Assembly (NCBI GenBank): GCA_963754925.1
Contig: CAVWHX010000006.1
Span: 1 to 64,000 of the forward strand
Reading direction: 5' to 3'
Origin: an uncultured delta proteobacterium
GTDB taxonomy: Bacteria > Myxococcota > B64-G9
Length of the DNA stretch: 64,000 nucleotides
The notes beneath the pieces are model-generated. The model saw nothing but the letters and a program-made list of their open reading frames with translations. It had not been told where the DNA came from and ran no database searches. Numbering within the stretch: position 1 is the stretch's first letter; each line of letters starts with the position of its first letter. The translations under genes and the position numbers were made by a program. Positions 59,201-64,000 of this stretch are shown here, piece by piece.

Positions 59201-60971
59201 CAGCGGCCAACTCAGCAGTATCACCGCTCCTAATGGAAACATCTCATATTCATATAACCCCACGACCGGCAAGTTGGCTTCAATCACCGCTCCGGATACC
59301 GACGGCGGTGTTTTGAGCTATACTTACGATGGTCGGTTGCCATTAAGTGAAACCTGGTCAAGCGGCGCTGTGGTGGGGAGCGTGAGCTGTACGTACGATG
59401 ACGACTTTAGAGTTTCAACCGAGACCGTGATGGGTTCAACAATGAACCTAGCCTATGACATTGATGGACTGTTGACCGGCGCGGGTGCGCTTACCATCGG
59501 CCGCGATCCATCCAACGGTATGGTCACGGGTACAACATTAGATTCGGTTACCACCTCGAACAACTATAATAACTTTGGTGAGCCGACGTTGCTGCACACC
59601 GCTTTCCCGAGTAACACAGTGGATTTCGGTTTTGTTCAGGACCAACTGGGCCGGATCACACAGAAGACTGAAAATATCAACGGCATATCCACTACCTACA
59701 ACTATGAGTATGACCTCGCCGGACGACTGACTGATGTTTGTGTAAACGGCCTGCGTCAGACACATTACGAATACGACGGCAACTCCAACCGAACATTGAG
59801 TCGCCAATGCGCCGCCAACATTCAGTGCCAGCCGGCAACACCATGCTCAATCGGCGCTGATGTCACCGGTACGTACGACAACCAAGATCGAATGACCGCA
59901 TACGGGATCACGACATACCAATACACGCTCAATGGCGAGCTTCTGAGCGCGACCACCAACAGTCAAACCACCACCTATCAATACGATGTCTTCGGCAATC
60001 TTCGAACAGTGACTTTGCCTAACGGAAATACCATCGACTACGTGATCGACGGCCCCAATCGAAGGACAGGCAAGAAGGTCAACAGCGTGTTGACACAAGG
60101 ATTCTTGTACGACGGGCAGCTACGAATAGTTGCTGAATTAGACGGAAGCGGTATTCTGAAAAATAGGTTTGTGTACGGTACCAAATTGAATGTACCAGAG
60201 TATATGATCCAAGGTGGCCAGACCTATCGCATCATCACCGACCACCTCGGTAGCCCCCGTTTCGTTGTAAACTCAAGCACGGGCGCTATCGCTCAGAGAA
60301 TGGATTACGATGAGTTCGGGAATGTCATCTCCGACTCGAATCCCGGGTTCCAACCGTTTGGGTTCGCCGGTGGGTTATATGACAGGGATACCGGCCTTGT
60401 CCGATTCGGGGCAAGGGACTATGACCCGGTGACCGGAAGATGGACGGCAAAGGATCCGATTGGGTTCAAGGGAGGTAATACTAATTTGTATGGTTATACA
60501 GTGAATGATCCGGTAAATTTGATCGATCCAATGGGATTAACATGGATTGAATCTATCGGGATGTTCTGGGATTGGATAACCGGAACAGGTCCGGAAAACC
60601 GAACATTTGAACCTGGAAGCAATCAAGTAAATGACATGATGAATGCTCCAGGCGTCAATGAAGCACGTGACCTGTTCTATATGAAAAATTCACAAACTTG
60701 CTCACAGACTTCAGATCCACTTGCAAACTACAGAGCCGGTTTCGGTCTGAAAGGTCTCTGGGATGCCGGTTTTAACTCAACACAACAATTCGTGGGCAAT
60801 TATCGAGTTGATATTATTCCATTCCTGGATACGCTAACTTTCATCCTTACTAATACCACAAGTATGACGTCTTTCTTGTATGGCTTAGGTCCTTCATGGA
60901 GCCGCTCAACTTTTGGTCCGGGTGGCAACATGAGCCAAACTTACACATGGACGGAGCCTTATCAAAGATGA
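53283..60971 (+). CDS. Secreted bacterial teneurin-like Rhs/YD protein with C-terminal putative toxin
   Basis: Signal peptide; SBBP repeats (DxSGNxYVTG); 16-Cys repeat; teneurin-like TRSDGMFDLAVSGG and WDGLDAFGQRV; NHL repeats; YD repeats; DHLGSPR, ARDYDP..GRW..KDPIG, PVNLIDPMGL. Confidence 0.9.
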   Translation: MKKRFLPLLFLVFLLSMGYSISKCPATKWTAIIGVPGASTLGTGIAVSPDQQVFVTGTTTGSLSGQAISSASDVFVTRYNPFGGLQWIQQLGVIQGDLPGIAVDVNDNSYVTGTTGGNFDGLPKTGSKDTFVIMLNPSGEKQWTALLGVAGVETRGYGITADESGFSYVTGTTAGNLDGQTLTGSADAFITKYDPSGVKQWTQLFGVAGFKTEGHGIGVDGSGNIYVTGNVTGLSNDKISFFVTKYSSTGANQWMVQLGDKAWGNAIAVDASGNCYMTGTTLTTFDGLDLGTGSLGASFITKYNSAGEKQWTELLGSINEGGGITGWGFSTGNTITLDESGNCYVAGWMLKFVNEMATVVFIEKFNSAGEKQWTRRLGAAPTLGTYTYTIGAGVAVDQYPNVFVTGYVEGGGSLDGQPAIGVTDAFITSKFNCAENQYYDATSDTCVSIPACDNGMTFDQDAVACECPSGTHLVGSACVTQCPTNQYWDSASNSCKVIPTCYYGMIFNQVTGVCACPAGTQNVGGTCVMTCNANQYWDGSVCQPIPVCAAGTIYDPSTHLCVQEVVTAGSFAGSVQFLYTGSNPIQENVTSGAIDPTRAAVLKGKVLSKSGYPLVAATITILKHPEYGSTLTRSDGMFDLAVSGGGQYTVRYVVNGYFEAQRTISTPWQEFVQLPDVVLVPYDNYVTTIDLTQTGMQVAQGSQQTDMDGIRRAIMMFPAGTTAEMVMPNGSQQAISTLNVRATEYTVGPNGPASMPAPLPPESAYTYAVELSVDEALAAGATSVTFSQSIPVYIDNFLKFPVGQQVPTGYYDREAGRWVPIPDGRVVKIISITPGTPALAEIDTDGDGTADNNPALGITDDERARVAGLYQTGQELWRVQVQHFTPFDLNWPYGGCADCPPPNQPDPDGDTPPKYPCEGEGSIIECENQVLGQRIPISGTPFTLNYRSSRVPGYGATYSLNIHLSGASVPANLVKIYLEIDIAGQHIEQNFDPTPNQNYYFRWDGLDAFGQRVNGSQTAKIRIGYAYIAVYGAPMPLGEVSGIMGASFGMGSGAGGGGGVGGVSIGRFSVPPQIVIWQEIDKDLGNLVDEKDRGIGGWTVDVNHALDLFKNTIYLGDGTQQDASDIGTISVLAGNGQYNYCDSIDQTGEIARQGSMQAPLDVHALPDGSFLVADNANARILSVSTDGHMYRIAGAPNCAPGYTGDQGLALNAQLNGPSGIATGSDGSIYIADSLNHVIRRIDPNGIITTYAGGGNPSSGNGDGGLATNAKLQGPLDLAVAADGSLYIAEQYYGYSEGQPYGYAGRIRKVRNVGSENIIITIAGGGSSGIEQIGDGTILATEVFINENLSSIALGRDGSIYVSESCWVFRVGPDGLVYKVAGNGNCFHSGDGGLATAAQLDNEGGHNGLAVGSDGSIYIAEYAYIRKVWPNGIITTFAGNGIMGYRTADADGKPALQSSVNLTAGMDITPDGTGLLLTDQAGGVVARIDTTVSNTSGVGSLIPSEDGSKFYSFDSTGHHLQTLDSVIETISPTNTPVKLNLFQFGYDSNGYLISIQDRDGNTTTITRDTSGNPTAIIAPNGQTTTLALDSNGYLSQVTNPDSTTYQFTYDTGAAEGLMLSFKDPNHNTHTFEYEPVSGKLNKDSDPESGFKTLSRTNILNGYEVAIGTAMGRNTSFEVENYLDTGEVQTITFPDGTQNQNTTGNDSVITTVFSDGTSIAVQQGPDPRLGMRSPLPISTTINLPSGKTRTYTMNRGLTFNSTTSPPALATLTDTFGVMVGSTNSPLLTYAYTASTRTWTATSVGGRSSIAQVDDNDKLILRQVSGLNPISYAYYSSSSSDYQRGKLQTITTGDRQFTFNFYAAGLQKGLLQSVQDPLSKTKSFDYDAAGRVTSQTLPDGRVIGFSYDANGNVTSVTPPSRPAHGFMYNAVDQATEYDPPTPPTTGVTQYQYNQDHQLTNIIRPDLQAVVLNYNTSSGQLSSITAPNGNISYSYNPTTGKLASITAPDTDGGVLSYTYDGRLPLSETWSSGAVVGSVSCTYDDDFRVSTETVMGSTMNLAYDIDGLLTGAGALTIGRDPSNGMVTGTTLDSVTTSNNYNNFGEPTLLHTAFPSNTVDFGFVQDQLGRITQKTENINGISTTYNYEYDLAGRLTDVCVNGLRQTHYEYDGNSNRTLSRQCAANIQCQPATPCSIGADVTGTYDNQDRMTAYGITTYQYTLNGELLSATTNSQTTTYQYDVFGNLRTVTLPNGNTIDYVIDGPNRRTGKKVNSVLTQGFLYDGQLRIVAELDGSGILKNRFVYGTKLNVPEYMIQGGQTYRIITDHLGSPRFVVNSSTGAIAQRMDYDEFGNVISDSNPGFQPFGFAGGLYDRDTGLVRFGARDYDPVTGRWTAKDPIGFKGGNTNLYGYTVNDPVNLIDPMGLTWIESIGMFWDWITGTGPENRTFEPGSNQVNDMMNAPGVNEARDLFYMKNSQTCSQTSDPLANYRAGFGLKGLWDAGFNSTQQFVGNYRVDIIPFLDTLTFILTNTTSMTSFLYGLGPSWSRSTFGPGGNMSQTYTWTEPYQR

Positions 60972-61362
60972 AAAACCTTATAATATTTGTTTTTCTATTT
61001 TCTCTAGGGCTTTTTTGTTGTTCGACATCAATTGATCAAACAATGGTGATCGGGAAATACGAAGCGAATCATCAAAAGGGTATTGACACTTTAGAGCTTC
61101 TAAGAGATGGCACGTACAAATATTATTATAGCTTTGACGGGAAAGAAGTTACCAATTCCAATAGTTGGGAATTTAAATCTTAAACGGAAAACCAACTATT
61201 ACATTCCGAGATTTTGTTTTTGGTCTGCCAGGATATAGTAAGTACGGTGCTGGCTTTTGGGTTGTTGAAGTCGAAAAATCATTTTTTAAAGGTAAGCTTC
61301 GGCTATGCATTGATCCTGATTTAGGTTACTATTATATTAAGAAGGACCCGACTACCCAGTAG
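60968..61362 (+). pseudogene. Putative immunity lipoprotein, apparent single-base frameshift at ~61180
   Basis: ATGA overlap with the toxin stop; MKNLIIFVFLFSLGLFCC signal; continues in the -1 frame LNGKPTITF..CIDPDLGYYYIKK..* at 61362; AT-rich. Confidence 0.65.
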
Positions 61363-61734
61363 AGATTAATAATAGAGTCTTTGTTGCCCTGAACTTCCGA
61401 GGTTCTGGTCTCCGTGCTCGGGCTGCGGCCGCGGTAGAAGTCACCGCGGCCTCCGCTACCTGCGCGCGGTTAGAGGCTCTTGCGAACAAAGTGAGTTAGA
61501 GCCTCTTATCCCCGACAGGGGAAGCCCTATTAGAGCTTGTCCTGTGGGCTTGGAACCCACGCCCGCCCCGGCCGACCAGTGACCGAGGAAGCCATCTTCT
61601 TCCCACTTCGCCCTTGCCAAGCTGCGTTGCAGTCCGTCCTCCCTGCTGGCACGGGCAATGCCCCACGGCTTCGCCAAAGTCTCCAACCTTGCTTATGGCT
61701 ACTGCTACAAATCCGCGAACGCGCCGGCGTCCAA

Positions 61735-63784
61735 TCAGAGCTGGATTGTGAGAGTGCCGCGAAAGCTGAGCGGCTCGGCGGGATGGAAGTGGATGTCAGC
61801 GACGCCGCCCTTGGGTTCTCCGGGGAGGCGGGAGGTGTAGTAATAGGACATGTCGGCGACCTTGGCGTCGAGGATATTGAATACATCGATGCTCAGCCGT
61901 ACGTTGCGACTGACCTGGAAGGCGACCTGCCCATTGAAGAGCGTAGAGGCCTGCGACCGCACGCTGTTGTCCTGAGTGAGCGCCCGCGGGCCGAAGTAGC
62001 GCATGAACAGGCTCGCTGACCACGGGCCGAGCTTGTGGATGGATACGCCGGCCGCTACCGCCGACTCGATGGCCTCGGGGACATACTGCCCAGCCGGATC
62101 AAACCGGACGAAACGCGCCCGGGAGAACGCCACGTCGAGGTCGAAGAGCAGCCAGACAATGGGTTGCCAGCGTGTGCTCCACTCGATCCCCATGCGGCGC
62201 GTAGGTCCCGCGGCCGCGGTGGTCCCCTCGTCGGCGTCCCAAACCAGCTCGGAGGCGGAGTCGAGGAGCCACAGGGCGAGCGAGGTCTGCACTCCGGGGA
62301 TGGCCTCGGTGCGCCCGCCCAGCTCGAATCCGCGCGACCTGGGGAGCAGCGTCACCTTTTGTTTGATCGCATCGCCTGTCTTGTCGTCCACGGTGCTGGT
62401 GGCTCCGCGGGCGTCGTTGGAGTGGTATCCGGTCGCCGTAGTTCGCAAAGATCTCTGTCTTGGCCCACGGCCCGAGGACTACCGTGGTCTTGGGCAGGAG
62501 AATCCCGGCGGCCATCGCCCCCGAGTTGCGCGGATCGCTGGCCTTCACGTCGACAGAGGTGAAGCTGTAACGCAGGCCGAGCACGACGCGCAGCCAGGGC
62601 TTAAGGCTGCTCTCCAGGTCGCCCCACAGCGCGTCGGTGGTCTGCGCCACGTCATCCACGGACCATGCGGCGAGTCGCCTCCGAGCGACGGTGTGGTACA
62701 GAGCTACGGGGTCGATGAGATCGCAGCGCGCATCCCAGCCCAGCTGAGTTTTCTCTTGAAGGCCGAAGACGGTGGCTTCCCGTTGCCAGCGCCCGGACGT
62801 GCCGAAGTACCAGCGGCGGTCCTCCTGCTCCATCTGGTCGCCGTTTACCGGGTCGTCCAGGAAGTAGGTGAAGTTCGAGAAGAGGTCCATGTCATACTTC
62901 ACGACGTAGGCGTTGGCCGCGAGCACCCCGCCGGCCAGGTCGCCGTTCCAGCTGGCCGAGAGGCTGTAGCGGTGCGAGGATCCGCCGTCGGTGGTGTCCT
63001 CGGACCCAAAGCGGCTGAGGCCCGACCGCACCGCGCGCTCCGGGATCTGGTTGGTGGCGTTCCAGTCGCCGGAGTAGCCCATGGCGACCACGCTCAAGGT
63101 CCCGTCGCCGAGCGGCCGGGTCCAGCGCAGCATCCCGTTGTACTTGTGGTAGTCCTCCGGCTTGAGGAAGGGTCCGTCCTCGTGCATTGCCTCTAGCCCA
63201 ATGAGTAGCTTGCCGCCGGCCAGCTCGGACGAGGCGGCGGCCAGGGAGCGGAAGTAGCCGAAAGAGCCGGCGGTGACCTCGATCAGCGGATGCTCGAGTT
63301 GCTTGACGTAGAAGATGTTGGCGGCGCCCGCCGAGGCGAAGTCGCCCTGCGAGGCGTAGTACGGGCCCTTGTAGTAGTCCACGTGCCCGATCAGCTCGGG
63401 GATGATGAAGTTGATATCGTCGTAGCCTTGGCCATGGGCGTGGGTGGGCAGGTTGACCGGAATACCTTCGACCGTGGTGGCGAAGTCGGTGCCATGATCG
63501 AGGTTGAAGCCCCGCAGCAGGAACTGGTTGGCCTTCCCCGCGCCGCTGTGCTGCGTGACCATGAGTCCCGGCACGAGCTCCTCCACCTCCCCGGGGCGCA
63601 AGAGCGGGCGATCCTCCAGGAGCTCGCTGGTATAGGTCCCGGCGCTGGCGGCGGTCGTGGTCCCCACCTGATTCAGGTAGTGCCCCACCACCACGATCTC
63701 CTCGACGTCATCCCCCAAAGCGGTCGCGACCAGAAGCAGTCCTCCGAGGATAGCAACTACCAAAGTCATTCTTTCAATAATCAC
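61735..63784 (-). pseudogene. TonB-dependent receptor, one frameshift near 62430
   Basis: EEIVVVG TonB box, QHSGAGKANQFLLRGFNLDHGTDF, HAHGQGY, KGPY; C-terminal frame GYHSNDAR..HFHPAEP. Confidence 0.88.
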
Positions 63785-63807
63785 GGGTGGTCACCTTCGC
63801 GATATTT

Positions 63808-63856
63808 GTATTACAAAAACGAAAAAGGTAATACTCAAAGCGTCACCAATTGTCAA
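63808..63856 (-). promoter_or_regulatory. NikR-type operator overlapping the -10 of the TonB receptor promoter
   Basis: GTATTAC-N13-GTAATAC perfect palindrome (63808-63834); minus-strand TTGACA at 63851-63856, N17, TATTAC. Confidence 0.72.
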
Positions 63857-64000
63857 CCCATTCATGTTCGTCCTATTCGTCATCCAAAAAGAAACCGGCC
63901 AGAACTGCCCCTCTCCAAAACAAAGTCCGAGAAAAAACAAGTCAACCAAACCCACGGTAAGCGTATAAATTGGTCAACTCACAATCCTGTGATGTTGGAA

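Noticed and set aside
53283..60971. T6SS Rhs effector or Tc toxin
   Set aside because: Has a Sec signal; no PAAR, VgrG, EagR or TcA/TcB features
62003..63196. 397-aa plus-strand ORF opposite the TonB receptor
   Set aside because: Antisense shadow in very GC-rich DNA

Overview
This looks like stitched metagenomic (MAG-type) sequence, mostly from a deltaproteobacterial/Myxococcota-like anaerobe. The support is PilZ proteins of the Myxococcus type, Cys-rich secreted proteins and a delta-type NikR box. It opens with a short GC-rich fragment (1-~325) and an AT-rich, indel-riddled cyanobacterial-looking segment (~325-2460). Then, in order: a co-oriented acyl-CoA/beta-oxidation cluster with malic enzyme and two-subunit fumarase (2.5-14.3 kb); an unusual ATP-citrate-lyase-like pair (CcsA-like beta subunit plus an SCS-alpha/citryl-CoA-lyase fusion); accessory genes; a TetR-controlled 2-hydroxyacyl-CoA dehydratase/activator operon; two tandem PilZ-pseudoreceiver paralogues; a complete IS3-family element with a 4-bp target duplication; msrAB, thioredoxin, tkt, SpoIID, truD, ychF, nhaR and tRNA-Leu(CAA). 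Next comes a 2562-aa secreted teneurin-like Rhs protein (SBBP propeller, 16-Cys repeat, teneurin Ig/FN-plug, NHL, YD shell, unrecognised C-terminal toxin) with a coupled lipoprotein immunity candidate. The window ends with a NikR-boxed TonB-dependent receptor. The teneurin-like toxin/immunity locus and the ACL-like pair are the most interesting. Family calls come from motif recognition and recalled homologue sequences, not database searches. Several single-base frameshifts may be sequencing errors.
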